Virus record (IMG/VR): IMGVR_UViG_3300028829_004116
Location: 1-64,000 of that record
DNA: 64,000 nt
Source of the DNA: a virus
Reading direction: 5' to 3' (one strand)
How positions within the stretch are numbered: position 1 is the first letter of the stretch; each line of letters opens with the position of its first letter. A program made the translations under genes and the position numbers. Shown in pieces: positions 9,580-19,545 of the stretch. Under the pieces are notes generated by a model that made no database searches, had not been told where the DNA came from, and saw nothing but the letters and a program-made list of their open reading frames with translations.

Positions 9580-10818
9580 ATGACAGGATATTTTAGAACA
9601 ATTGAAGACTTAGAGCGAGCGACCTACGGACTATCCGGAGGAAGTAATATTTTGAAAGCCGCACTTACGGGTATTCACCCTATTCACGATGGTTCGGATG
9701 CAGGATTAACGGGTGGAGATGCTACTTTGTATAACTTGGTTTATGGACAAAAAGTTTGGTCTATGATTAACCGAGAAATTAACGCACTTTCGATGCTTCC
9801 TAAGAAGCCGTGGAAGAGTAGTGGTTGGAGAGTTTTGAAGGGCCGTTCTATCGGTGGAAACGGTGATACTTTTGAACTTGCTGACTTAGACCTTTTGGGT
9901 GGACAAGCAGAAAACACACAGATTTCTGCTATTGATGAAATTGCACCTTCTTTCGCAAACCTAAGTATTTCACCTAAGACAATTGCACACACCTTCGAAC
10001 TTTCGGAGATTGCACAACTTCTTGGAGGAATGGATGATGGTATTGGAGATATTATGTCTACCTATCGAGAAGAAGTTGGTATTTCACACGCAGAAGCGAT
10101 GAACAAAATGGTTCTTACAGATTTAACTGCTAATGGTTTAAATGCACCTGCCGCAAGTGGAAAAGACTACGACAATCCAGAACGCTCTTTGCTTTCACTT
10201 TACAAGATTGTCACTACCTATGCAGAAATTAATGCCGCTTTGACAGAAACTCCAAGAGATGAAGACAGACATAACATTTTTGGTGTTTCTCGTGCTTCGA
10301 CAGGAACAGAATACCTTGAAGCATATGTTGATTCAAATTCGGGAACTGCTCGAAATTTGACTGTTAATATGCTTAATACTGCTCTACGAAACTTAATGGC
10401 TCGTGGCGGTTCACCAAAGGTTATTCTAACTGGATATGACACCATTCAAACATTAGGAGAACTTCTCCAAGCCCAAGAAAGATTCATGGGTCGAACAGAA
10501 GTTGTTCCTTCTCATGCTGGTATTAAGGGAGTTAAGGGAAGAGAAGTCGGATTTAAGGTTGCTACCTATCACGACATTCCTATTATTCCTACTAAGGATA
10601 TGCCAACAGGTGGTAGCGGAATTTCGGATATTCTTATTCTTGATACCGACCATTTGTTCTTGTGTACTCTTAAGCCTACTGAATACTTTGAAGGCGGTAT
10701 GAATACTAAGGAGATTTTCGGTCACGGATTCTTGGGACACCGTGGACTTTACCGAACAATCGCAGAAACAATGTGTACTTATGTGCGTGGACAAGGCAAG
10801 TTAATTGACCTTCAATGA
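9580..10818 (+). CDS. major capsid protein (HK97 fold)
   Basis: Follows the protease; about 412 aa; GAGGTG SD before ATG 9580; LPKKPWKSSGWRV and TYHDIPII...ILILDTDHL; N-terminal ILK|A candidate processing site. Confidence 0.85.
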   Translation: MTGYFRTIEDLERATYGLSGGSNILKAALTGIHPIHDGSDAGLTGGDATLYNLVYGQKVWSMINREINALSMLPKKPWKSSGWRVLKGRSIGGNGDTFELADLDLLGGQAENTQISAIDEIAPSFANLSISPKTIAHTFELSEIAQLLGGMDDGIGDIMSTYREEVGISHAEAMNKMVLTDLTANGLNAPAASGKDYDNPERSLLSLYKIVTTYAEINAALTETPRDEDRHNIFGVSRASTGTEYLEAYVDSNSGTARNLTVNMLNTALRNLMARGGSPKVILTGYDTIQTLGELLQAQERFMGRTEVVPSHAGIKGVKGREVGFKVATYHDIPIIPTKDMPTGGSGISDILILDTDHLFLCTLKPTEYFEGGMNTKEIFGHGFLGHRGLYRTIAETMCTYVRGQGKLIDLQ

Positions 10819-10829
10819 GGTGATTTAGT

Positions 10830-11189
10830 ATGGCAAGTACATTAGCACTATTAAATGACCACCACGGTCAAAGTTCACCTACTGTTATGGGACACCATTA
10901 CTGCGTTGATGCTACACTAAATATTACTGATTATGCAGTTGCTGGAGAAGTTATTACAGCCGCATCTTTGGGATTAAGTAGTATTACACAGGCTATGATT
11001 TGTGGCTATGAAAGTGTGGCTTATGTTCCTAAAATTAAGGTTGATACCGATGGAACATATACAAGTAGTAGTAGTATTACTGTTCTAGTAATAAATCCAA
11101 GTGGTTCCGATGCTGATGCTATGGCAACAGGTGCAGACGGACTTACTGATTTAGGAATGGTAAGACTACGAGTTTGGGGAACACTTTGA
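10830..11189 (+). CDS. putative capsid decoration/minor head protein
   Basis: GAGGTGA SD; small beta-rich protein right after MCP. Confidence 0.5.
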   Translation: MASTLALLNDHHGQSSPTVMGHHYCVDATLNITDYAVAGEVITAASLGLSSITQAMICGYESVAYVPKIKVDTDGTYTSSSSITVLVINPSGSDADAMATGADGLTDLGMVRLRVWGTL

Positions 11190-11198
11190 GGTGAACCC

Positions 11199-11519
11199 AT
11201 GTTAAGAGTAAAAAATATCACAGGCGGAACTAAGACAATTTTTGGGACTCAATACTTAGGTGGATTGACTTACGAAGTTGATGAGCGTTTGTTGGAATTT
11301 TTTATTAAGAATAAATTTGAAATCTTGGACTCCGTTGAGGCAGAATCAGCACCGGTTGAAGAAACCGTTGTTAAAGAAGTCGATGAAACGGAAGTCCTTG
11401 ATTTCTCTTCTATGACTAAGCGTGAATTACAGGCTTGGTTAAAAGAGCAAGGAATTTCTTATAAATTATCCGACAATAAGGCCGCTTTACTTGGTTTAAC
11501 TGTGACAGAAGAAGAGTAA
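11199..11519 (+). CDS. HeH/LEM(SAP-like) domain protein
   Basis: C-terminal FSSMTKRELQAWLKEQGISYKLSDNKAALLGL; a common gene type downstream of phage MCPs. Confidence 0.65.
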   Translation: MLRVKNITGGTKTIFGTQYLGGLTYEVDERLLEFFIKNKFEILDSVEAESAPVEETVVKEVDETEVLDFSSMTKRELQAWLKEQGISYKLSDNKAALLGLTVTEEE

Positions 11520-11521
11520 GG

Positions 11522-11528
11522 TTTAATA
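11522..11528 (+). promoter_or_regulatory. putative TATA box
   Basis: AAGG-TTTAATA-CC in an intergenic gap about 25 nt upstream of the GAGGAG SD of gene 11565. Confidence 0.45.
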
Positions 11529-11564
11529 CCTAACGCTTCTTAACGATAAATAAGAGGAGATACC

Positions 11565-12038
11565 ATGCCATTTAATTCAACCAAAGTAGACACGACAAGT
11601 AAAGTAATTGCCAACACAGGTGGTAATTTTGAAGGAGTAAATATTTTTAACGGGGCTACGGCATCCGTTGTTTATATTTGTGATAATATTTTTGACCAAG
11701 AAATTCAAGTAAGTACCTATAATAACGACCCAACAGTAACTGTTGAAGACAGTGCGTTATTAACCGTGGGTGATTTAGTGACGGGAACTGGGATTCCTGC
11801 TGATACAAAGGTTTTATCTATTACAGATGGGACTACCATTGAACTTACTGCATCTACAACAGGTGGAAGTTTAAACGGTCCTTTAACATTTGAACCATTA
11901 GATAATACTTTATGTAAATTTCACATAGCCGCAGACAGTACATATTTTTACCGAGGCTTTGACATCATATGTAGAAACGGTATTAGAGTTGTAGCAACCG
12001 ATTGGTCTAATTTAGAAGTTTTTACACTACACAATTGA
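11565..12038 (+). CDS. putative virion structural protein with GTGIP beta module
   Basis: Thr/Val-rich; insert LLTVGDLVTGTGIPADTKVLSI. Confidence 0.6.
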   Translation: MPFNSTKVDTTSKVIANTGGNFEGVNIFNGATASVVYICDNIFDQEIQVSTYNNDPTVTVEDSALLTVGDLVTGTGIPADTKVLSITDGTTIELTASTTGGSLNGPLTFEPLDNTLCKFHIAADSTYFYRGFDIICRNGIRVVATDWSNLEVFTLHN

Positions 12039-12048
12039 GGTGGTGTAA

Positions 12049-14739
12049 ATTCCTACTAATATTCCAACCTTTCGTGACCTAACACTTAATAGTCAATGGG
12101 ATATTCAAGTGGCTACGGAGTATATGGCTGACTATATTACTGGGGACAAAGCAGACCTCCCCGGTTTTATTTCGACAAACCATACAGATAGTAGAGGACT
12201 TAAGGGTTATGATGATGATACCTTTGATAGTATAAATCGTAAGGCTTTTGAGATAATTAAAAATAGTAAAATTATAGATTTTTATAATGAAACACAGGCT
12301 GACCAAATTGCGGAAGCACTTGCAAAAACAATAAGAGGACCCGAAGACGACCTTACTATCGGTGATGCTTTAGCGGGTAATGCTCGTAATTTTTTTACAA
12401 CATTAGATTTAGAGAACCCCAATGTAATGAGGTCGATAGGTCAATATGGCTTCGCCCAAGCAATTTCAGCGGGAGGAATGGTTGAACCCGTAAAGGCTTT
12501 ATTGTTTATGAAAAAGGATGAAGCGGGTAGGCCCGTTAGGGATGAAGAGGGAAATCTTGTGCAAAGTGAAGATGCAAAAAATTGGAAAATACGACAAATG
12601 CTTGAAGGTTTGAAGGATGCACAAAATACTTATTTTACAAATACGGCTGAAAGAATGATAAACGCAGAATATTATTCCGATATGAAAGGTTTAATTGGAG
12701 ATAAAATAGAATTGACTAATAATGAATACGATGCCTTTGGTAAAGAATTTGCTAATTGGTCTAATGTTAATATGCCTGAAATTGCAGTAGAAGAAAAAAG
12801 TGATTTAAAGGGTAATGTCTATTATCAACTTCCAAAGCCGGGAGATAAATATATTATAGGTATGGCTAATCTTGACAATGAAGATGTAGGATTTGTTTTA
12901 GATATTATCCGTGAACTAAATATAAACAAGTGGAAGCGTCTTATGAAAAAGGCAGTAAATAATTTAATTAAATTAGATGGAGCAAAACCTCAAGTAAGAG
13001 GTATTACAGAAAAAGAATTAGAAGAAATTCTTGGTGGGGCTAAAAATATTGAAGAAGAATTAACACAAGAATTGAATGATTTAGTTGATGAAGTTGATGA
13101 AAGTGGTATGCCTAAACAAATGGTTGCAGGTCGTAGAGGGTCAAGAGAAAGAGTTACGCCCGGAAATTTAAGTTCGGATAAGCCAAATTTTGAAAGAGAT
13201 TTTACAGAAGATAAACCTGATGAATTTGACGAAAAGGGAAGACTCATTAAACCTCCCGTGAAGGGTAGTGATTATGACCCAGAAAACCCAAGAGTTGACC
13301 GAGATATACAAAGAATTGAAACTGTTAATGTAGAAGATTTAACAAGAGAGTTAACACCTATTACTACATTAAAACAATTTATGGATAATTCTACAATTGA
13401 TGTAAAAATTAATAAAAAAAGTAAAGTCTATACAGTCACAACGAAAGAAGAGGATTGGAATTTATACGAAGAATTTTTGGGAGTTACAGAAGCAGATAGG
13501 GCAGTTATGAAAATTTCAAGCCCCGGAAAATTTGTTAATAAAATGGAAATAAAATCTTTGAAAGGTGAAGATATTGAAGAAGTAGAAGAAGGACTTTCAG
13601 TTGAAATAATTGAAGGAATGTTGGAAATTAAGGAAGATTCCAATAAATTATTTGTAAATATTAAAGATACTTTATCAAGTCTTCTTGAAGATAAGGATAT
13701 TATTTTAAAATATTATAAAATGGTTTCCGAAGATGAAATTAATGATGATGAAATTGAAGAAACAATTAAACCCTTAGAAGAGTACATAGGTGATTTAACT
13801 GAGGAAGAATTATTAGATAAATTAAGTAATTATAGTGATTCGGAAACTTTAAAAAGCGTGTTAATACCCTTTAACAGACTAATTGGAAAAATGAATAACG
13901 CCTTTATTAATTATACAGAAAGTGTAAGAGAATCAAAAGAAGAACAAATTAGGCAGGACAAAGAGGCTGATGAAAGGGGAGAGGAGATTCAAGTAGAAGG
14001 AGAAACTCAAGAAGATAGAATGGACATTAGAGATAATACCGCTATTCAAACATTTGATAATCTATTATCAGCCTATGAAAAAGATATTAAAAAGTTAAGA
14101 GATTACGAATCCTCCGATGATTCAATAGAAGACTTACAAGAAGCGATGGATGAATTTTTGGCTACACCGAAAGGGCTACCCTTTAAAGAAACATATGTAG
14201 ATATTTTAAATGGTGAGGACTTAAACGAAACAAATAGACCTGCTGTTTTACAGCGTTTTAGGGAGTATTATAATATCGAAGAAAGCCGTACAGATGAAGA
14301 TACTAAGAGTATTGTTGAATCTTTAATTAGAGATGATTTAATGGAAGACAAAACTTTGGTTGATATATTTACAGTTGTAATTACAAATGAAAACACTAAT
14401 CCTAAACGATGGGGACAAATGACAAAATATACTTCGGCTGGTAAAATACAATTTAGATTAATTTTTAGAGTATCGGACACGGGAAAAACAACAGCAGAAG
14501 CGCAAATTATATACAATCAAGAGTTTGAAATTAAACCTGTATTAAGTGAAAGTTCAAGAATAGACTTTACCGATAATAAACAACAAGCGGCGGCTTCGAT
14601 AGACAGAAGAGGTGGACAAAGAAGTGTAACCGCTCTCGGAAGAGAGATTAAAGAAAACGGTTTCGGTATAGATAAGAAAAGGAAAGCCTTTATAGACAAG
14701 ATAGTAGAAAGACTACAACAGTTGGAGATGGTGATTTAA
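12049..14739 (+). CDS. large acidic hypothetical virion protein (possible ATT start)
   Basis: Track ORF starts at GTG 12109, but the frame is open to ATT 12049 just after GAGGTGGTG SD; very Asp/Glu rich. Confidence 0.7.
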   Translation: MPTNIPTFRDLTLNSQWDIQVATEYMADYITGDKADLPGFISTNHTDSRGLKGYDDDTFDSINRKAFEIIKNSKIIDFYNETQADQIAEALAKTIRGPEDDLTIGDALAGNARNFFTTLDLENPNVMRSIGQYGFAQAISAGGMVEPVKALLFMKKDEAGRPVRDEEGNLVQSEDAKNWKIRQMLEGLKDAQNTYFTNTAERMINAEYYSDMKGLIGDKIELTNNEYDAFGKEFANWSNVNMPEIAVEEKSDLKGNVYYQLPKPGDKYIIGMANLDNEDVGFVLDIIRELNINKWKRLMKKAVNNLIKLDGAKPQVRGITEKELEEILGGAKNIEEELTQELNDLVDEVDESGMPKQMVAGRRGSRERVTPGNLSSDKPNFERDFTEDKPDEFDEKGRLIKPPVKGSDYDPENPRVDRDIQRIETVNVEDLTRELTPITTLKQFMDNSTIDVKINKKSKVYTVTTKEEDWNLYEEFLGVTEADRAVMKISSPGKFVNKMEIKSLKGEDIEEVEEGLSVEIIEGMLEIKEDSNKLFVNIKDTLSSLLEDKDIILKYYKMVSEDEINDDEIEETIKPLEEYIGDLTEEELLDKLSNYSDSETLKSVLIPFNRLIGKMNNAFINYTESVRESKEEQIRQDKEADERGEEIQVEGETQEDRMDIRDNTAIQTFDNLLSAYEKDIKKLRDYESSDDSIEDLQEAMDEFLATPKGLPFKETYVDILNGEDLNETNRPAVLQRFREYYNIEESRTDEDTKSIVESLIRDDLMEDKTLVDIFTVVITNENTNPKRWGQMTKYTSAGKIQFRLIFRVSDTGKTTAEAQIIYNQEFEIKPVLSESSRIDFTDNKQQAAASIDRRGGQRSVTALGREIKENGFGIDKKRKAFIDKIVERLQQLEMVI

Positions 14740-15827
14740 TGGTTAAAATGATGACACCTTCGGATTCCGGTCTAAATGTAGTTAATTATACACTCGGCAA
14801 CGGGGCTTATACAACGGCTGTAAAGGTAGCCGCACTATTAGGTATTGCAGATTTTACTTCTTCCACTTCTCCTACATTGGCAGAAGTTGGAGATTTGATG
14901 AGAAGGTCCGAGGATTTTATTGACGAATTTACAAACGCTTCATGGAGAGATAATTTAGTAGAAAATGAATTTCACGATTTTACAAGAAGTAATAATTACA
15001 CTTATTTTTACGAAGACTACATTGGCAAAATTAGACTTCACCATGAGAATACTCGGAAAATTTTACGAATTGCTATTTGGGATGGCTCGACATATACAGA
15101 TATAGCATCCGTAGTAGCAACATTGACAGTAGATGATTATACCAATCTTACATCTATTGTTCTTACAGGTGGGGGATTAACTTGGACCCTATCGCCGGAC
15201 AGTTCCGGAATAACCGATAATGATAAGTTTAACAAGGCTTACGGACAAAGAACTACGGCACAGGAAATTTGCTACCTTATTAATGAACAAGTGCCTACAA
15301 TTACCGCCCCCTTTACAGGTGGAACTGGTAAAAAGGTTTTAACAGATGGAACAGACGCATATAATATATCCGACTTCTTTTATGCTAATTTAGAAGAAGA
15401 TGAAACAATTACAATTGTTTCTTTACTCCCCGGTTCGGATGGTTCTAATTGCACACTTGCAGTTAACGGGGGAACTAATTCTCGCACTCAATTTACAAAT
15501 AAAGAAGACTATGACCGTAATGCGGCATGGTGGGATATGAAAGATACGGGAGATATTTTCTTCCGTAGTGAATTTCCTACATATCATAAACATTCGGTAA
15601 AGGTCACATATACTTTTGGACAGACTCGCATTCCTGCCATTATCGAAGATGCGGCTACAAAACTTACCGCCTGTGAACTTATCACAAGTGATGATTCTTA
15701 TGTTTTATTAGGAAATGATTCTACTAATGGCATAGATTTAAAAAGTAAATACGATTCTTATAAAGCAGATGTGGATAAAATTCTACGCATGAAACGCCGA
15801 GTGGTGTATTATTTGGATAGTGATTGA
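14739..15827 (+). CDS. head-tail adaptor/connector protein
   Basis: N-terminal YTTAVKVAALL...SEDFIDEFT and C-terminal VKVTYTFG...PAIIEDAATKL, typical of gp6/gp15-like adaptors with an insertion. Confidence 0.7.
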   Translation: MVKMMTPSDSGLNVVNYTLGNGAYTTAVKVAALLGIADFTSSTSPTLAEVGDLMRRSEDFIDEFTNASWRDNLVENEFHDFTRSNNYTYFYEDYIGKIRLHHENTRKILRIAIWDGSTYTDIASVVATLTVDDYTNLTSIVLTGGGLTWTLSPDSSGITDNDKFNKAYGQRTTAQEICYLINEQVPTITAPFTGGTGKKVLTDGTDAYNISDFFYANLEEDETITIVSLLPGSDGSNCTLAVNGGTNSRTQFTNKEDYDRNAAWWDMKDTGDIFFRSEFPTYHKHSVKVTYTFGQTRIPAIIEDAATKLTACELITSDDSYVLLGNDSTNGIDLKSKYDSYKADVDKILRMKRRVVYYLDSD

Positions 15828-15828
15828 T

Positions 15829-16695
15829 ATGTGGGAAAGTCTACTAAAGCAAAACAAAATTCAAAAGGCTGGAAAGAGTACTAGTTATAAAATGTATAGA
15901 GATGCTTTACGAACAGCAGCATTTACGGTTATGGAAAATAAACCTGCTGGAACAGAATTTGACGCTAATGATTTAATTTTAATGAAAGAAGAGATAACAG
16001 AAATTGCTAAAACTTTGGTTCCTGCAAGATTTTTAGGTGGATTTGCTCAATTTAGAAAAAATAAATTTGACAATCAAATGCAAGTAGCGGCAAGAATGAT
16101 GGTCTCTAATGGTATGGCTGAAAAATTAAAAACAGGTAGGGTGGGATATAAACTTACAGGGCAGATGAGAAAGTCTAAAGATTACGGTAAGTCTCCAAAA
16201 AAAATTAGCCCTAAAATGGAAGAAGACATAGAAGAAGTTGTAGCCGATAACGAGTTTGAAAATAACCCCACTCTTTCGGACAAAATTAAACACATACTAA
16301 TGGAAGGTCGTAAAAGCAATAAACCTGCAAGAACTCAAGAAGAAATGGATGAGTTTAAAAGAAAATATCCTAATGTTGATAAGGCTGAAGGTGGTTGTGG
16401 CTGTGGCTGTGATGGTAAAGAAGTTACAAAGGCTTCATCAAAATGTACTAAAAGAACCAAGAAAACTAGTTCTAAAGTAAAGGGGAAAAAATGGACTCAA
16501 TGTGTTCCAACAGCAGAAAAAGGTAAATTTCGCAGGGCAAATTGGGGTCAAGCGGGTGTCAAAGTTACAGGAGATAGTGGAGATACTGAGCGTAAAAAAA
16601 CATTTAGAGCAAGACATAAATGTGAGACTTGTAAATTAAAAAATGGAAAGAAGCGTTATTATTCAAATCAATGTTTGGCTTGTAGGGATTGGTGA
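15829..16695 (+). CDS. tagged basic multidomain protein (MWESLLK) with Cys/His-rich C-terminal domain
   Basis: GTGA SD; K|A/S sites between modules; C-terminal WGQAG...RKKTFRARHKC...CLACRDW. Confidence 0.65.
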   Translation: MWESLLKQNKIQKAGKSTSYKMYRDALRTAAFTVMENKPAGTEFDANDLILMKEEITEIAKTLVPARFLGGFAQFRKNKFDNQMQVAARMMVSNGMAEKLKTGRVGYKLTGQMRKSKDYGKSPKKISPKMEEDIEEVVADNEFENNPTLSDKIKHILMEGRKSNKPARTQEEMDEFKRKYPNVDKAEGGCGCGCDGKEVTKASSKCTKRTKKTSSKVKGKKWTQCVPTAEKGKFRRANWGQAGVKVTGDSGDTERKKTFRARHKCETCKLKNGKKRYYSNQCLACRDW

Positions 16696-16700
16696 TTAAA

Positions 16701-17711
16701 ATGTGGGCGGATATTCTTAAGGCAAGAGCAACAATCAAAGTTAAAGGGGACATTTTTAGAAGATTGCTTCTTAGACATGTGGAAGAAACAGGTTATCAAA
16801 ATGAATATAGAATTAAAGATGTATTAGACAGTATATTCGAGGAATATAAAAGACTATACAGGGAAGATAATGAGGGTAAATCCCCCTCTAAATCGAAGGG
16901 GTCGGGGAGAATAGGAAGCGGACCCACATGGTCAATTCAAAGAGAAAAAATGGGTAGATATATAAATAAATATTTTCCTGAAGGATATAAAAGACAACAT
17001 AGAACAAATGAAATGATTAAACTAAATCAACAAGAAGACCTCGAAAAAATTCGCACAAGTAGAGGTGACAGATTAAGACTTAAAGATTGGGAAGCGTTTA
17101 AAAAGAGTTTAAGGGCCGGTCTTAATACAATAGTTCCAAGAGATATTTATGGTCGTAAATCATCGGTAAGAATAGTTGATGGTAAATTTATTGATAATAA
17201 GGCTACCATTAATATTTCTTTTAGGTCTTTACAAAAAGATAGAAGATATATTCATATTAATTTTATAGAAGAAGACGGTGATTATTATTTTACGACAATA
17301 GAGGGTAATATACAAGTTTTTGATAATGAAGTAATACAAACTGAAGCCCAATTAAGAGAAAAGGTTATAGATTTAGTTGAAGAAATTTACAAAGATGAAA
17401 GAGAGGAATACGATTTAAGGCAAAAGGAAGAAGATGAACTTACAGAAGAAGAAAATATTCGACAATTAGAGGCCGCTAATCCCGATTCTTACTGGGATAG
17501 AGAACGGGCAATGTTGGTTCCTAAAGAAAAACCTCCAGAAGAAGAGGAAACAAGAAGTTTAAATTTGGAAGAAGCGGCTAAATTAGGTGCTAAGGCTAAG
17601 GAAAAGGCAGATAAATTAAAAAATTTACTTGCGGAAAGAAAAAGAAAGAAGTCTTCTATGTCAAATATTAAGCCTACAAGAGGAAAGCGGGGTCGTAAAG
17701 ATGTTCCGTAA
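16701..17711 (+). CDS. tagged hypothetical protein (MWADILK)
   Basis: GGTGA SD before ATG 16701; N-terminal domain paralogous to 37633-37968. Confidence 0.7.
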   Translation: MWADILKARATIKVKGDIFRRLLLRHVEETGYQNEYRIKDVLDSIFEEYKRLYREDNEGKSPSKSKGSGRIGSGPTWSIQREKMGRYINKYFPEGYKRQHRTNEMIKLNQQEDLEKIRTSRGDRLRLKDWEAFKKSLRAGLNTIVPRDIYGRKSSVRIVDGKFIDNKATINISFRSLQKDRRYIHINFIEEDGDYYFTTIEGNIQVFDNEVIQTEAQLREKVIDLVEEIYKDEREEYDLRQKEEDELTEEENIRQLEAANPDSYWDRERAMLVPKEKPPEEEETRSLNLEEAAKLGAKAKEKADKLKNLLAERKRKKSSMSNIKPTRGKRGRKDVP

Positions 17712-17907
17712 AATTTTAGAAAAAATGCGTTTGGTTCAACTTGACATGGAAAGCATCTTAGAAACTGTGGTTCAGCAAAATGAAGACATACAGGATTACA
17801 CTGAGAGAACTCTTGGTGAAAAAATGAGCGACGAGATAATGGAACAAGTTATCGAGCAAGAGGTTGTTCAAGTTATTCAAAGAAGAATTGAGGAGGCATT
17901 TGAATGA
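17701..17907 (+). CDS. small acidic helical protein
   Basis: ATG 17701 (MFRKILEK...) preferred over the track's TTG 17629; overlaps the next gene by ATGA. Confidence 0.6.
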   Translation: MFRKILEKMRLVQLDMESILETVVQQNEDIQDYTERTLGEKMSDEIMEQVIEQEVVQVIQRRIEEAFE

Positions 17908-18941
17908 ATTGGTTTGATACTATCTCTAAGAAAAGAGAGAAAGGTATGCGTAAATTAGAAGAAGCCTTGCTTGCCGAGGGATATAAAATTGTTGAAATTG
18001 GTTCAGGTAAACATATAAAAATTAAAGTTAAGCGTTTATCGGAAGTAGACGACCCGAATGCACAAGAAGTACAAACAACTGTAAGTCATGCTGTTTCTCA
18101 GGGTAGAAAAAATGCCGCTATGGTTGTAAATGAAATTATTAATAAATTTACAGGAAGAAGGCGTAGAGGGCAAGGTTCATTTAAATTATCTAATGATAAA
18201 ATTAATACATGGCAAAGTATTCTTAAGATAGAACCGAAAGATAATCCACTGTCGGATGAGTTTGAAACACCGGAAATACCCCAATTAGATAGAGTAAAAT
18301 TAAACCCAAAGGGAAAACCGCACAGACTAATAAACAACTTTCCCATAGCCAAAAAATTTTTTGAAATAAGGAATAGTAGCGATTATAATAATATTTTAAG
18401 AGTAGAAGGTAATTATTGGATTTATGATAACTCCTATTTAGCCTTAGCGTTTAATACTCAATTTAATAAATCAATAATTAACGAACATGATTTAAAATCA
18501 GCCGTTAGAGAAATAGATTTATTTTTAGACGCTGTTCTTGAATTTTACTTGACTATTGATTCTAATTATGAAGAAAGAACTGAGGCAATAGAGGTATATG
18601 CAACTGCTATTTATGAATTTTTAGTTGGAGAATATGAAGGTTCTGCAAGAAGTAAAGCAGTTATTGAAGGCACTGTTGAAGAGGCTATGGAAATTTTAGA
18701 ATCGTTTAAGGGTAAAGTGAAACCTTTAGAAGTAGTTATACAACAAACCTTAGAAGATATAGAAGAAGGCGATACAGAAATAGATTGGGAAACTTTATCG
18801 CAGTTATATGATACGAACTTAGACTTTGACAATCCCCTTGAGGGGGTAGAAGAAGCAGAAAGTGAAGAAGGTATGTCGGCAGTAGACTACGAAGAATTAA
18901 CAACAGAAGAAGAATTAAGGAGGCGAAGAAACCGTGGATGA
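17904..18941 (+). CDS. double-tagged protein: HicA-like domain plus acidic domain
   Basis: MNWFDTISK, then LLAEGYKIVEIGSGKHIKIK (HicA-like); second tag NTWQSILK precedes an acidic domain. Confidence 0.55.
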   Translation: MNWFDTISKKREKGMRKLEEALLAEGYKIVEIGSGKHIKIKVKRLSEVDDPNAQEVQTTVSHAVSQGRKNAAMVVNEIINKFTGRRRRGQGSFKLSNDKINTWQSILKIEPKDNPLSDEFETPEIPQLDRVKLNPKGKPHRLINNFPIAKKFFEIRNSSDYNNILRVEGNYWIYDNSYLALAFNTQFNKSIINEHDLKSAVREIDLFLDAVLEFYLTIDSNYEERTEAIEVYATAIYEFLVGEYEGSARSKAVIEGTVEEAMEILESFKGKVKPLEVVIQQTLEDIEEGDTEIDWETLSQLYDTNLDFDNPLEGVEEAESEEGMSAVDYEELTTEEELRRRRNRG

Positions 18942-19527
18942 AGTTACATATTTAGTCACATTACTTGACGAATATTGGAATACTGCTGTAACGGCTTTAG
19001 GTTCTACCATTCCCGCAATTCATAGAGTTAAACCGCAAATTATGGATATACGAAGTATGGATTCTACTCGTAATACTTCAAAGCCCGGAAGAGGTGGTAA
19101 TAGAGTAAGAATTAGTGCGGCTTCCGAAGTTACAGCAGATGGAGTTACACCTTCTTTAGATGTTATTGTAGTTATGCAAAACTCACAAACAATAGAATAC
19201 CCTACTACTACATTTGATGTAAGAAATGAAACTCACGAAATGTCTGTAAGTATTCGTACAAAGCAAGACGATAGACGAACTAACGATAATGCGAGAATAA
19301 CTCCTTCCGGTTCTACCTTTGGTAGGGACAGAATAGAAAACCTTTATAAGATAGTGCGATACATCATTGAAACAAACCGGAGGGGCTGGTTTCGTAATGC
19401 GGGGACTTTAGAAGAAAATATTAAAACTCTCATATTAGGAAGCAGAACTGACAGTAATGATAAAAAATCAAGAATATTTGGATATAGAATAAATGTAACT
19501 ATGAAAAGATACGCCGTTAGTTTGTAA
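18934..19527 (+). CDS. putative tail terminator/completion protein
   Basis: Size and position directly upstream of the tail tube; alpha/beta pattern ending FGYRINVTM. Confidence 0.55.
   Translation: MDEVTYLVTLLDEYWNTAVTALGSTIPAIHRVKPQIMDIRSMDSTRNTSKPGRGGNRVRISAASEVTADGVTPSLDVIVVMQNSQTIEYPTTTFDVRNETHEMSVSIRTKQDDRRTNDNARITPSGSTFGRDRIENLYKIVRYIIETNRRGWFRNAGTLEENIKTLILGSRTDSNDKKSRIFGYRINVTMKRYAVSL
19336..19350 (+). promoter_or_regulatory. possible internal BRE-TATA promoter for tail tube gene
   Basis: GAAAACCTTTATAAG matches a euryarchaeal BRE/TATA consensus but lies inside a CDS. Confidence 0.3.
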
Positions 19528-19545
19528 GTAAAAGGGTGATTAAAA

